NCBI GenBank assembly: GCA_951406725.2
Contig: OX597818.1
Coordinates: 109,678,001 to 109,742,000, forward strand
Length of the DNA stretch: 64,000 nucleotides
From: Octopus vulgaris
Lineage: Eukaryota
Reading direction: 5' to 3'
This document shows positions 17,018 through 30,393 of this stretch, one piece after another. The stretch's first letter is position 1. The number at the start of each line of letters is the position of its first letter. Under the pieces are notes generated by a model that worked only from the letters and a program-made list of their open reading frames with translations, did no database searches and was not told where the DNA came from. Position numbers and translations under genes: made by a program.

Positions 17018-17261
17018 CTATAGCAGAAAACTATTTTGTTGTTTATCGTCGCAAAACGTAAACAAATTCTTTCCAAGGATTATATTTCAAAACTGCTTGT
17101 CAACAAACTTTGCTAATTTCATCGAGTGAGCCATAAACCAGAACTAATGTTATTAATATCACAACTAATATCCATCTGAGATCAAAATCTTGTTTTGCTT
17201 CTCAGTTGAAGTTATGCTGTTACACTTTGTCTTCTCTCAAAATAGTTTTTTTTTACCTAAT

Positions 17262-17481
17262 TTAACACTAGCATTTAATACTGGCCATGCCTAGCTCAAA
17301 TATTGTACCCGTTCAAATTTGCCAGATCCAGCCTCTCATACCTACCCTACAAAGTCACTCTAAAAATATACACTCGGATCATTGAAATCTCAAAGCTATG
17401 AGATAAGGCTTGATTAATTCAATCCAATTTGAAAAAATAAGCATTGTGTTTGACAAAGTGACTTGAATGCTAAAGAGTTAA
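17262..17481. mobile_element. Possible piggyBac-like MITE
   Basis: Ends TTAACACTAGCATT.. and ..AATGCTAAAGAGTTAA: imperfect TIRs with TTAA. Confidence 0.35.
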
Positions 17482-19559
17482 AGAAACCATCACAGTTTAA
17501 AGAAATGTCGGAGAGAAAGTTGAGTGTTTGGGAATTATGCCTGAAGTAAATTTTGATTCTCGGTCAGAGAATCAGTTTAGTTCTGTTTCGATTCCCGTTC
17601 GGAACAATTATTATTTTTATTACATTTTACCTTACTGATGCCCTTAGTAAAAGGGTCATCGATGTCACAAGTCACCATTTCGCGAATACAGACACTATGA
17701 GAGAAATGGTTAGGAATTGATAATGAGACAGAGAGATGGTGTTGATCAACACTGCAAAAGATGCAATGAGCAGTCTAAAGTCTTTCTCCTTTTCTCAAAT
17801 TGTTCTCATTCTTCCTTGTTCATTGCATTAAGATACCAACAAACTTCCAGAATCCTTATAGCTACCTTTTCTTATTCAAAATGCCTTTGCAAGCAGTATT
17901 CTTGCCTATTAATTTCCCATAAATGCCACCCCCTTTGCTTCCACTCTACCGATTCACGACAAAGCAGCCAAAATTCCCTTCCCCCAGAGCCATCTGTTGT
18001 TTAAAAGATTCTATAATATTCTTCATAATTAAATGAGGACGTTAAACGACGACGACGATGATGAATTGTATAAAAAAGAAATTGTTAAAATATTTGTGTT
18101 GTAGAAATGTAACCAATTTATGGCCCACAAATTTTAACAACAAAATATAGAGGCCGAAGCGTCACGTGGACCTTGGTTGAGAACCACTGGTCCTTTTATA
18201 ATTCCATACAAGGCACAAGCATGGCTCTTCATTAACAAGTTGACCATAGACATGCTGTGGGGCAGGTGTTAAACAGACCAAGACTGAAGGAAACCCCAAT
18301 ACAACATTTACAGGTAAACGCTGATTATACGAAAACAAAAAAGTTGTTTTCTTAAAACGGCAAGTTTATCAACAAAGCTGCCGATTAGAGAAAGGTAATT
18401 TCTTTAAAATGAGTCATCTAGTTTACAGTCCGTTTGTGTGCCTCCTTTAGGGTGAAATTTCCTACGACAAATTTTCCCACAGCGAAAATATTTACGGCGA
18501 ATGTTCCGGACACGATAAACGTTATAACCAACTTGCCCACGTTTTTACGCCCCCGCCTTCTCTCTTTAATGGAACTGCAAAGGTCCTTACCTCGCTGTGC
18601 TATTCCATCCCGATTCACCGACCTCTCCTATTAGCACTCTTATTTCCTCGCCACTCCCTTATTACTGATACCCGCCACACCTATTCCACCCGGCTCTCTC
18701 ATTTCCTCATTGCCATTAAATCTGGTTCCCAAAGCCCCACATCGACCATTTCACCCGATCCTTAATTCTCCTCCATTCGACACTTCCGATTCTGGCCACA
18801 TATTCAAATACGCACAAACACACGCGCATGTGTATGTAGGTGTAAATGTGTTTCTACATATTTATACACATATACAAATATATGTGACTAAATGAAATGT
18901 GTGTGTGTGTGTGTATCTCTCTCTCCACAAACACACTTTCCAAAATATGTAAACACAAACACACATTCACCCGAAGAACCTGAAATAAAAGTGAAATAAA
19001 GCGTACGGGATGTTGCATCTAATGCTAAATATCTTTTATATTTTAATCGAAAAAATCTGGTTTGGAATTTTGAAAAATGAATAAGAAAAAGCCAGCGTAG
19101 ACAAGACAAAGAATTCAAATGAATTTAGAATGAATTCAATAATAACCTAAACGGCTTCTAAATTTGAAAATTATTTTGGATTAGGGGCGCGAATCATCTT
19201 TCTTCAAGTAATGTATAACGACTAATGAATGGCGAAATAAATTGGCCGAGTTGCAATTAATTACGATGCAATCAACGCCTGCTTCTCCACAAAATCTTTT
19301 AGATTTGTGCCTTGAAAGTAGGAGGATTCATTTCATAATATTTCGAAATAAACGCCAAATCGTGAATGTTTCTCAGTTACCATAGGAACGGTAGAGTACT
19401 GCAGACAGTCGAATAAAGTCCTTTCAATGATTCCTGAAAATTAGGAATTAGGAATCGGTCCTGGAACTCAAAAGAATAAACAGACAGTAAGATGCCGTTA
19501 CTTATATTTTGGTGCACACACGCACAAACGTGTGTACAAACATATATACATATATAGGT

Positions 19560-19590
<31 letters not shown>

Positions 19591-19925
19591 TGTATGTATG
19601 TAAGTATGTATGTATGTATGTATGTATGTATGTATGTATATATATTTATGTATGTATGTATATATATGTACGTATGTATGTGTGTATGTATGTATGCGTG
19701 CGTGTGTGTGTGTCTGTATTTGTCCTCACATTCGTTTGACAAACGATGTTGGTGTGTATACATCCCCGTAACTTAGCGGTTCGGCAAAAGAATCCAATAG
19801 AATAAGTACTAGGCTTGCAAAAAATAAGTCCTGGGATCGATTTGCTCGATTAAAGGCGGTGCTCCAGGATGGTCGCAGAAAAACGACAGAAACAAGTAAA
19901 GAATAAACGAATATATATATATATA

Positions 19926-20335
19926 GGCACAGGAGTGGCTGTGTGGTAAGTAGCTTGCCTACCAACCACATGGTTCTGGGTTCAGTCCCACTGCGTGGCA
20001 TCTTGGACAAGTGTCTTCTGCTATAACCTCGGGCCGACCAATGCCTTGTGAGTGGATTTGGTAGACGGAAACTGAAAGAAGCCTGTCGTATATATGTATA
20101 TATATGTATGTATGTGTATGTATATGTTTGTGTGTCTGTGTTTGTCCCTCTAGCATTGCTTGACAACCGATGCTGGTGTGTTTACGTCCCCGTCACTTAG
20201 CGGTTCGGCAAAAGAGACCGATAGAATAAGTAGTGGGCTTACAAAGAATAAGTCCCGGGGTCGATTTGCTCGACTAAAGGCGGTGCTCCAGCATGGCCGC
20301 AGTCAAATGACTGAAACAAGTAAAAGAGTAAAAGA

Positions 20336-20336
<1 letters not shown>
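19926..20336 (+). mobile_element. SINE family B (tRNA-derived, CORE-like), full length
   Basis: A-box TGGCTGTGTGG, B-box GGTTCAGTCCC, CORE-like CTTGGACAAGTGTCTTC, internal microsatellite, AGTAAAAG tail; partial copies at 19710-19905, 22505-22610, 26385-26730, 26970-27322, 41295-41615, 45250-45370, 55995-56150, 60745-61110, 63270-63432, 63730-64000. Confidence 0.85.
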
Positions 20337-20369
<33 letters not shown>

Positions 20370-20897
20370 ATGAAACCATGGGCACAGGCTTGAGGCTGGC
20401 CTTATAGTTAAGTTAGCTTCGCAACCACGTGGTTTCCTCTTGGTGTGTTTTGACCGAGTGTCGTCTGCTTCAGCCTTCAGCCGACCAATGCTTTCAAAGT
20501 GAAAATGTATATTCTATTATTCTTTTATTCTTTTACTTATCTCAGTCATCTGACTGTGGCCATGCTGGAGTACCGCCTTTTAACCGCACAAATGGACTAG
20601 AAAGACCCTGGGGCTATAAACAAAAGTAGCAAAGTCCCTTCTGGGTCAGTGACATTTAGGTGGCAAATATACTTCACGATTCCGTGCCTGCTACTTTTTA
20701 CGTCTCGCTCAGAGATTTCTTATTGCTTATAATATATATATATATACACACACACACAAACATATATTCACATAAACGTTTATATACACTTCATACTGAA
20801 GAAGCGCGGAGGAACGGTTAGAGAGATATATAAGAATTATTTCTTATAAACCAGCGACGGTGTCAACGAATTCCTGCCTATCAAACTGGAACGTATT

Positions 20898-20899
<2 letters not shown>

Positions 20900-20954
<55 letters not shown>

Positions 20955-21069
20955 AGAGAAAGCTAGAGACAGAAAGATAAAGAGAGAGAGAGAGAGAGAG
21001 ATAAGGAGAGAGAGAGAAAGATTTGAAGAGAAAGCTAGAGACAGAAAGATAAAGAGAGAGAGAGAGAAG

Positions 21070-21100
<31 letters not shown>
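20900..21100. repeat. (GA)n-rich tract
   Basis: Direct inspection. Confidence 0.9.
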
Positions 21101-21102
<2 letters not shown>

Positions 21103-21173
21103 AGAATGAGTCGTAGAAAAATGAATGCGCAGAGGAAAATGAAAAAAAAAAAAAAAAAGAAAGAAATACTCAC

Positions 21174-21284
21174 CACAACAAAGAATGAGTGGAAGAAAGT
21201 CGTTTGTTTACGGTTTTGACGGTTTTTACTTTTCGCTGAAAAGCTCGGCGGCAAATCTCTTCTTGTCTGTCAAGTGCTTTCTCT
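21174..21284 (-). other. Predicted non-coding exon 1 of NUPR1
   Basis: Consensus donor GTG|GTGAGT at 21173-21168; TATATAAA at 21315-21308; Inr-like TTAGA about 30 nt downstream. Confidence 0.55.
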
Positions 21285-21520
21285 AACGTTTGCTCCGCTT
21301 TTTAAAATTTATATATATATAGCAATACTTGTAGGTGGGGCTTAGAACGGAGCCACTTGTGTGTGTGTGTGTTTAAGTAAGTGTTCGTGCCCCGCATCCA
21401 TTCTAACACGTGCGCGCACACACGCAAATCTCTCACTGCAACTCTCAGCCACTTGAAGGGATTGGTGGCTTTTTGTTGATGTCGTAACAGCCACGTGGAT
21501 AGCTGTGACTCATGATAAAG
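21285..21520 (-). promoter_or_regulatory. Predicted Pol II promoter
   Basis: TATA 21308-21315, CCAAT 21461-21465, E-box CACGTG 21492-21497, AP-1 TGAGTCA 21506-21512. Confidence 0.55.
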
Positions 21521-21542
21521 TTGACAGTCAGACACTCATAAC

Positions 21543-21610
<68 letters not shown>

Positions 21611-21690
21611 CTCTCTTTTTATCTCTCTCGGTCTCTTCTCTCTCCTTTTCTCTCGCTCTCTCTTTGCATCTCTCTCTCTCTCTCTTTGCA

Positions 21691-21747
<57 letters not shown>

Positions 21748-21902
21748 CTCTCTCTCTCTCTCTCTCTCTTTATCTATCTATCTATCATTCTATCTATCTA
21801 TCAGCATTCCTCCCTCTTTCTCTCTCTACCTATTTATCTGTCTGACTGTCTTTTTGTTAGTCTGTTTCTCTCTCCTCCACCTCTCTTCCTCCTCCTTCTC
21901 CC

Positions 21903-21957
<55 letters not shown>

Positions 21958-23017
21958 CATACATAGATACATATAGACATCTGTCTGTCTATCTGTCTAT
22001 CTTTCCCTCCTCTCGCTATCCCCCTCTCACTTTCTCATCCTCTCTCTCCCTCTCTTTCCCCTTCTCTCTCTCTGTATGTGTCTGATTGCTGTCTCCGAAA
22101 GTGGCTTCTTGTCATTAATTATTATATTTATTCTCACCTATTTTTAATCTTATCCCCCTCCCCAACCTCACCACCCCACCAACAATTTTTACTTCGTCAT
22201 TTAGTTATAATCCTCTAAACCTCAAATATTTCTATTATTATTAACCCAGATATCCACGTCTCGATTTTATTCAAGGTGAAGGTAACCATTTGCAAAATTT
22301 TCTCCTTACAGTTTTAGCCGTAACCCTAGCCCTGACCCTTGTAACATAACTTTCCAACTAACCGCTGCTGCTATCCACTACACCTCCTGAGTAAGCAAAC
22401 ACCGTTTTGAATGTGGTTAATAACTCAAGGATTTCTCTGCCTTAGAGTATTCAGAAATATTTAGGTTATTCGATAAAACATCATCTCACATTCTCTATGT
22501 AAAGCGCAGGAATGGCTGTGTGGTAAGAAGCTTGCTTACCAACCACATGATTCTGGGTTCAGTCCCACTGCGTGGCATCTTGGGAATATGTCTTCTACTA
22601 TAGTCGCGGGCCAGTGCATCGAATAAGGGAGTAGAAAAGCCTTGAAAACCTGCTCATGAATTTTCAAATGTCTGCCAGGCACCGATTTGATTTCAGTGAT
22701 GTGCAGGCGTAGATATGGAACTCCACGACAGTGGGTCATCCAGATCATATCTAGATAGAATGTTTGTGCGGTCAGTGGATAGGAAAAGTGTAGGGTGTCG
22801 ACAGTTGCTGCAGAAGCCAACAAATTTGTAACCTAACTGTTCAACTTAGAGAGGACCCACATACTGGGACTCGGGTCAACTTAGAGAGGACCCAGAGACT
22901 GGGACTCGTGATTACTGAAATTTGATTGTGTAGTTATTGTATGCAAAGACTATAGGGAAGCGAGTTCAGAGAATTATATAAGCAACAATCATCAACAACC
23001 GGCAGAGATGCATCCTG

Positions 23018-23394
23018 TGTGCACGGACAGGATGCCGAATGCACTTTTGCCGAAGGACAAAAAGTTGGATCCAAGAAGCCGAATGGGCACAATGCCGGAC
23101 GGACACACACACAAAAAAAAATCCTGGTTATATAGTTTAATGGCCGTTTTAGTCTGTCAAATGGTCAAATTGTTGGAATAAAATGATTATCATATATTTT
23201 AATTTTCGTATGTCCGTTCGGCTTTATGTCTGTTCAACATTGTGACCGTTCGGCTTTATGGTCGTTCGACATTGTGTTCGTTCGGCTTTATGGCCATTCG
23301 ACATTGTGTCCTTTCGGCATTTTGTCCGTTCGGCTTCTTGGCTTCGGCTTGTTGTCCTTCGACAAAAGTGCATTCGGCATCCCGTCCGTGTACC
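23018..23394. mobile_element. MITE with long TIRs and internal 15-bp repeats (Merlin/foldback-like)
   Basis: TIR GGTACACGGACGGGATGCCGAATGCACTTTTG..; perfect 8-bp TSD GCATCCTG at 23010-23017 and 23395-23402. Confidence 0.8.
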
Positions 23395-23689
23395 GCATCC
23401 TGAAGTGGGCAATTAGATCAGAATCAACGTTTAGCAAAGAGCTAGCGATTGAGGTAGGTGGTGGTGGTGGGGACTAGTTGAAGGGGTGATTAATAAAGGC
23501 ATAACAAGCAACATGTTTGCGGAACGGTTGGCCTTTGACTGTTTCTTCAGTACAAATGTCGTGGACTGCGTTGTCAGAACTAAAGCCACTTTTCTAAAAT
23601 TTGACAAAAGCTGGCAACGAAATCCCAGTCAGATCTTTGACAGATCGACAATTCTTGACCAGTGCATGCTACATGATTTCAAACAGATG

Positions 23690-24310
23690 TGTTCGGTTTT
23701 CCGACACCACTTCATGCAACTGTTCGGCGTAGGCGGTTGGTGGAGGACAAGAACATTAATGCTTACTTCAGTAGCCTATCACAATTCTCGGAAGAATACG
23801 CGAGGTTCTGCGTGAAGCTGACAACTGCAGTTGAAATACGGAAGGCAATGAACAGTTGCACATGGCACAAAGCGCACGGTTTGGATGTCTTTTTTAATTT
23901 TGTGAATTCATGCCAGAGTTGTTTCTTGAACCCGGGGCAGCAGAACGGGAGAATTTCTAGCGCTGTGAGCCCGGAAAAGACGCCGATAAAGAGTACAGGG
24001 AGACGATACATAACTCTGCCAAACACAGATTTTAAGATTTTAGTCAAGGTGTTAGCAAAAGGGTTGACGGTTATCGTCAGCGATCTGGTTGGGTAAACGC
24101 AAGCGTTTCACGATCAATGCAGGTCCATTCAACCTTCACGTAATGCAAACGGTTGAGAACAAAGATGGCTTTGAATGGGTCCTGATCAATTTCGATCAGT
24201 CAAAAGCTTTTGATTGAGTCAACCTTGTTTCCAAGAAACAAGGTTAGCCCAATTGAGTTTGGATCCGCATTCGAACGCGGGATCGCTGCAATGCTCAACG
24301 TCACCTGCTC
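23690..24310 (+). mobile_element. Degenerate L1/Tx1-like RT fragment
   Basis: RYITLPNTDFKILVKVLA and LINFDQSKAFD*V motifs. Confidence 0.65.
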
Positions 24311-25249
24311 TGTAGTTTTGTTATTGTTAAAATGATGCATGCTTTTTTATCGGCAAGGGTTTCGATTTTATCTGTTTATTTTCGCGCACTGCTCGTTGTG
24401 TATGGTCACTGTTACCATTACAGCCAATGCAACATGGTGTCTGTGAATTATGAACTGTTCAAAGTTCCTCGCCGTGCTTTGTGTATGTCCTTAGGCAAAT
24501 TGTGATGCTGTTTGAGTTATCGTGAAATCAGTCTTGGCAGTTTCTCCTCTTAGAGTCAACGAACTGAGCTGCTATTTCGTGGAGCGCAGAATTGATACAG
24601 ATCTACTGCTGTTTCATGGTGTGTACTGATTGTAAACAAAAATTCAGCAGCTTTAGTTTCTCAGTTAGGCGATGTCAATACTAAATTCTTTTGCTTTTGT
24701 GATTACCAGACTGTTGCAGTTCAGTTTCTCCATGTTGATCTTTTGCGGTCTCAAAACAATCCGATGCAATTTCATATGGATGACGATCACAATCGTTCGA
24801 TGTCAGTCCGGTAAATCTCTTAGGCATCTCTCAGAGCACGGACCATCTTTGATGTCACCCATATCTCACAATAATGAAATCAATGTTATATTAATGTCTA
24901 GAGTGAAGATGCATTTCACGAGGTCATATTTTGCTTCCCATGGAAGAAGGTTTTGCTTATATTAAATAGTCATTGGTAGTTACTGTCAAAATCCTGGCTA
25001 AGAGATCGGCATCACCACCGACTTAATATTATCTAAATCGCTGGGTGAATTTATGAATGATAAGAGCAGATCAGCTACCCGGCAGTTCCAGAAAAATACC
25101 ATGAACTAAATGAAAGCCTATTGATGGTTTTTTTTTTCAACCTCTTCAGTGCACACATGATTGCTTAAAACCTGCTGTTCTGTGATGTCCTTCTCAAGTC
25201 TAGCTGTCTCAATAAATTTCTTGGGGTCTTTCCGTGGTTATACGATGGA

Positions 25250-25560
25250 ATGACTCCTTCGTTGAATAGAAGATAGAAGTCCGAATTCTCTACTTACAGA
25301 GGACAGACGTGGGTATATGATTGCACCAGTCCCCTTTATCTTATTCCTTACTAAATCTATCCCCCTGTGTGTCACCGGACTTCTCCCCAAAGAAACTGAA
25401 GGTGGCATCAACGCAGCTGTAGATTTCAAAGAAGATGCGAATCTCTTCAACATCAGAATGCGGATTTTGGAGCTGCAATTTGCAGACGACTACGCACGTG
25501 TGATCTATATTCAGCAGGATGTTCAGACTGTCATTGAAATTGCAGAGTGAGTGTACAACA
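25250..25560 (+). mobile_element. Degenerate RTE-like RT fragment
   Basis: RRGYMIAPVPFILF (QG..AP motif) and ILELQFADDYA. Confidence 0.6.
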
Positions 25561-26575
25561 GGAGGTGTATGACTAACGACTCCACAACAAAAAGGTGTCA
25601 CCGTTCTGTCTACTTGCTTTTGCGTGTTTCAATGACTGCAGTCATCATATTTAAATTTTGGAGCATTGAACTGTTCCGCTGCCCCCTACGCACCCTGAGA
25701 ATAACCAGTCATAACATTTACCCCACAATTAAATATTTGTAGATATCAAGTGTGGAAACAACGAGGTCATTGAACCCTGAGTATCAGCCGTAATAACTGG
25801 GGCAAGTGATAAGGATGCCTCTGTATCAGACGCCTTGTGGAATAGAATGCTACCAATTACAAAGAACACACAAGCGATATGAAGATAAACAGAAGCTTTG
25901 AGGAAGAACAAAATTAAACTAAAGTCCTGAAGGCTGAGCGGTTACTGCACAGGAATGGAGTTCTTGTGCGAACCAGGAGATATGCAGCCATATTGGTCAC
26001 GATTACGAGCGACCTGACTGTCACATATACGTGCCTCACATGTAACGTAGCTTGAAGATCCACGCAGTTTTGCCATTAATGATCTCATCAGTTCAAGAAT
26101 GAACATCGTCGTCTTTAGGTTTCGGTAAACAATCAGGAACCAAGGAGCTTATAGAAAAAATCTAGACTTTTGTTTCCATTCCTGGTTAAGAGTCTAGGAA
26201 ACAATCATCCTCATACATACATACACTCATACATACATACACATATACGTACGTACATATATAGATTTATAGATATATACACACATACACACACATAAAT
26301 ACATACGTACGTACATATATAGATACATAGCTACATACATACAAATAAATACACATACATACATACGTACATACATGCATACCTTTTATTTGTTTTAGTC
26401 ATTAGACTGTGGCCATGCTGGAGCACCACTTTGAAGACCTTTTAGTCGAACGAATTGGCCCCATTACTTAATCTTTTAAACCCTGGTACTTATTCTATCG
26501 GTCTATTTTGCCGAACCGCAAATTTATGCATCCGTAAACGTAAGCACGAAGGGGATTACACACTCACGCGCGCGT

Positions 26576-26611
<36 letters not shown>

Positions 26612-27155
26612 GACGGGCTTCTTTCAGTTTTCTCCAACCAAATCCACTCGCAAGATACTTGCCCAAGCTGTCAGGCAGTGGGATTGAACCCGAGGCCATT
26701 CGGCTGGGAAGCAAGCTTCTTACCCCGCCCCCACGCACTCATGTGTATGCATGTATGTATGTGTGTATGTATGTATGTATGTATGTATGTATGTATGTAT
26801 GTATGTATGTATGTATGTATGTATGTACGTACGTATGTATGTATGTATGTATGTATGTATGTGTGTGTGTGTGTGTGTATGTATGTGTGTATGTATGTAT
26901 GTGTGTATGTAGGTGGCTATAGGTGTGGATGTGAGTATGTTTGCGTGTTTCTACGTATTTAGATTATTATTCTCTTACTCTTTTGACTGCGGCCATGCTG
27001 GAGCACCGCCTTTTGTCGAAGAAACCGATCCCACGCATTCTTTGTAAGCCTGGTGCTTACATTCTATTGGGCTGTTTTGCCGAACCGCTAATTTACGGGG
27101 ACGTAAAAACACCCACCTCGGTTGTCAAGCGATGGTGGGGGGTCAAACAGAGAAG

Positions 27156-27223
<68 letters not shown>

Positions 27224-27974
27224 TATATAGATACTCACAAGGCTTTGGTCGGCCCGAGGCTATAGTAGAAGACACTTGCCTAAGGTGCCACGCAGTGGGA
27301 CTGAACCCGGAACCATGTGGTTAGTATGTGTAGATTCTGCGTAGCGTTATGTCTCGGTTACAGTAATTTTAAATGCCTTGGTCACAGACACAACACGGCG
27401 CAATGAGCCATCAAACTTCTGGTTGTTGTTTAGCGAATCCGCCTCATCTGCACTCCATCCATAACAAATACCATTACACTCTCTGTTACTGCATTAGAAC
27501 TGTTACCATCCTTATACTAACCTCATAATGATACTTATTATGTTTGGAAGTTGGGGAATCGTTCACTGTTTACATTAATTAATGGATAAATTATACAAAA
27601 AAAAAACTGACTAAACCGGGAATCGAAACCGGGCCGCTGGTTCGTCTTATTTCGTATCGAGGAGCCGAGTTACAGTTTATTTAATTGTGTGAACTTTATT
27701 TACATATTTACAGTAAACAAAAATAACTGAAATTCCATGAAAGGGGATCAATAATTTATCATTGGGTATCGATTCCTGAAATGTCATCAGCCGTGGCTTC
27801 GCAACAGCTGGCTGTTTGAAGGACAAGCAATAACATAACACGGTGACAATTCTACGTTGTAAACAACCACGGCCTCTGTGTGTGTGTGTGTGATAGGATA
27901 TGATGAGACAAGGACAATGTCAATGACTCATAATTTAATTTGGTTCAAAAGCATTTCTAATGATAATTGGCACA

Positions 27975-28737
27975 CCTACACAAAACGGCCCCCGATCTTG
28001 TTTCCTCATAACTTCCAGAAAACCAAATATTTTCTAATAAAATTTTCTACAAATACTCTCCAGATGATGTAGATTTCAATTGCATCGAAATTTATTATGA
28101 ACACTTCTTCCAGGAGTTGGGAGTGGAGTTTCGGAAAAATCACACGTGTTAGATTTGTTTCCTTGTAACTTTCGGAAAAATGCGTGTTTTAATGAAATTT
28201 TCTACAAATATCTTTCAGAATGTGTAAATTACAATTATTTCGGAGCTTAATATGGAAAAAATTTAGTAGTTTTGCACACATACATAATAATACACACCAC
28301 ATTATATATCTACAAAATAAAACTAGAAATTTCGAAAATAAATTGTGATATGTGTCAGTGTGTACATGTGTGTGTTCTCATCATTTTTGCTTTTTCATAT
28401 TATATTCCGATATACGAGGAAGTGCCGAAAAGTTCCCAGCTTTGAGTGAAAGAAAATACACGAAGATCAATTAATTATGATTTTATTCAAAATATTCCTC
28501 TCAGATTCACAACTTTATTGCAGCGGTCCTTCAGTTTTTCTAGGCCCAGTAAAATAATTCGGAATATTGGGCCTCTTTCCCGATACCCTTAAAACCAGGA
28601 ACCTTTCAGCACTTCCTCGTAATCGTAATCTACATCATTTGAAAGATATTTGTTGAAAATTTTCATTAAAACAAACCCGTTTTTCTGAAAGTTATGAGGC
28701 AACAAATTTGGTGACGGATGGGCACACTTGTGTAGTT
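27975..28737. mobile_element. Foldback-type element with ~100-bp repeated/inverted modules
   Basis: CATAACTTCCAGAAAA..GATGTAGATT module at ~28005 and ~28165, inverted at ~28625-28700. Confidence 0.5.
28415..28619. mobile_element. Tc1/mariner-type MITE (205 bp)
   Basis: TIR CGAGGAAGTGCCGAAAAGTTCC / GGAACCTTTCAGCACTTCCTCG with TA flanks on both sides. Confidence 0.8.
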
Positions 28738-29059
28738 GTATCCTATAATTATGATAAAACTGATTTATAAAATACAACACAGCTGAATGAATATGTTCAC
28801 CTTAACGAAATTTGAATACGAAGTTTAAAGGTTCTAATCAAATGACTTCTCGTTTCTCCCGTCAATCAATTTTGCAATAAAACAATCGTTTCTAACAAGG
28901 GCAAAAAACCTGAAATTTAAAAGAGGACTTATCGATTACATTGGTCTCAGTTCCCAATTGCTTCTTTATTTAATCGAAGCATGAAGGATGACAGGGAAAA
29001 GTTGACTTTGACGGGAGTTGAACTTAGAACGTTAAAGAAAAGTAACTGAATATTCCAAG

Positions 29060-29337
29060 CCTGTGATTCTCAACCGGGGTCCCTATTATCCCAGTGGGTC
29101 CGTATGATCCCAGCGGGTCCATTTAAGGTTATGTTTATAAAGTTTTTTGACAAAAAAAAAAAATAGATAAAAACGATGGACAATCAATTAGTTACACTTC
29201 TACAAAACACTAAGTATTTTAACCTTTTTAAAATACAATTTCTATCAATATTTAATTATAAAAATATTATTAAAGGATTTTTTAAACACCGAATGGCTAT
29301 GGTGGTCCAGTGGAGAGAAAATGGTCGAGAACCACGA
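29060..29337. mobile_element. hAT/Charlie-like MITE
   Basis: Ends CTGTGATTCTCAACC.. and ..GGTCGAGAACCACG; related internal sequence at 44130-44300; similar ends at 18175 and 45919. Confidence 0.5.
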
Positions 29338-29409
29338 CTCTAAATGAATTCATTCGAAGAACTGTCGATTCCGATATTCAAATAAACGAGGCATTTTTAA
29401 GAATTAGTT

Positions 29410-29555
29410 ATTCTGAGCAATGTAAGTCGATGTGTGGTGTCAGAGGGACGGTGTGTGATGCAATTATTAACACTGCATGAGGTAATTAGCAGTTTATGAT
29501 ATCATGAATCAATTTGTGGCATTTCATCATCATGTGTAATGTCGACACGTCAGCT
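29410..29555. promoter_or_regulatory. Candidate ATF4/C-EBP (CARE) enhancer
   Basis: TGATGCAAT 29456-29464, TGAGGTAAT 29478-29486, ATTTCATCA 29521-29529, ATGTGTAAT 29532-29540, CACGTCA 29546-29552. Confidence 0.45.
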
Positions 29556-29872
29556 TAGCTTAGCTGTCGACCTCTCTGAATTTTATAAGATTAACGCTGT
29601 GTGGGGTAATAGCGAGTGATCTAAATTTGGCGAAGGCACGTGGCTTCGTGACAGAGGCATTCAGCTCCCGATCGAAAGGCAGTGGTTTCGGTTCCAGGGA
29701 ATGCGCTTTGTCCCTGAGTAAGATATTTTATTTCACATTGCCCGAGTCCACTCAACTGGGGGGGGAAAAAAAAAAAAAAAAAAAATGAGTAGTACTTGTA
29801 TTTCAAAGGGTCAGCCTAATCACATTCTGTGTCACGCTGTGGTAAACAGGTTCAAAGAACAGCTACTCTGGA

Positions 29873-29915
<43 letters not shown>

Positions 29916-30062
29916 GAAAAGAGACCATTTGCCGTGTTATATCTGTATACATTGGCAATGATACTATCGCTGGTCATTCAGTTGTCTCTACATTGTTTCG
30001 ATATCATTAGATGAGAACAAAGGAAACCTTATCGTTGCTTATTTAAAACAATTCACCGAAAG

Positions 30063-30303
30063 AAGGCGGCGAGCAGGCAGAAAGAAACGTTAGCACGCCG
30101 GGCGAAATGCTTAGCCGTATTTCGTCTGCCGCTACGTTCTGAGTTCAAATTCCGGCCCAGGTTGACTTTGCCTTTCATCCTTTCAGGGTCGATAAATTAA
30201 GTACCAGTTACGCACTGGGGTCGATGTAATCGACTTAATCCGTTTGTCTGTCCTTGTTTGTCCCCTCTATGTTTAGCCCCTTGTGGGTAATAAAGAAATA
30301 GGT
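30063..30303 (+). mobile_element. SINE family A, full length with TSD
   Basis: Flanked by AAACAATTCACCGAAA direct repeat; further copies at 30680-30885, 31058-31470, 32085-32285, 32752-32985, 40852-41087, 43702-44120, 53885-54650. Confidence 0.85.
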
Positions 30304-30393
30304 ATTTTAAACAATTCACCGAAACGTTTAACAATTTGTTTTTCTTCGGCAAAACAGATCCTCGCTTAACTGAACTTTTTTTTATCCTAAAAA

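Noticed and set aside
23210-23345. Regularly spaced repeats resembling a CRISPR array
   Set aside because: 15-bp tandem units without unique spacers, inside MITE TIRs, in eukaryotic DNA with no cas genes
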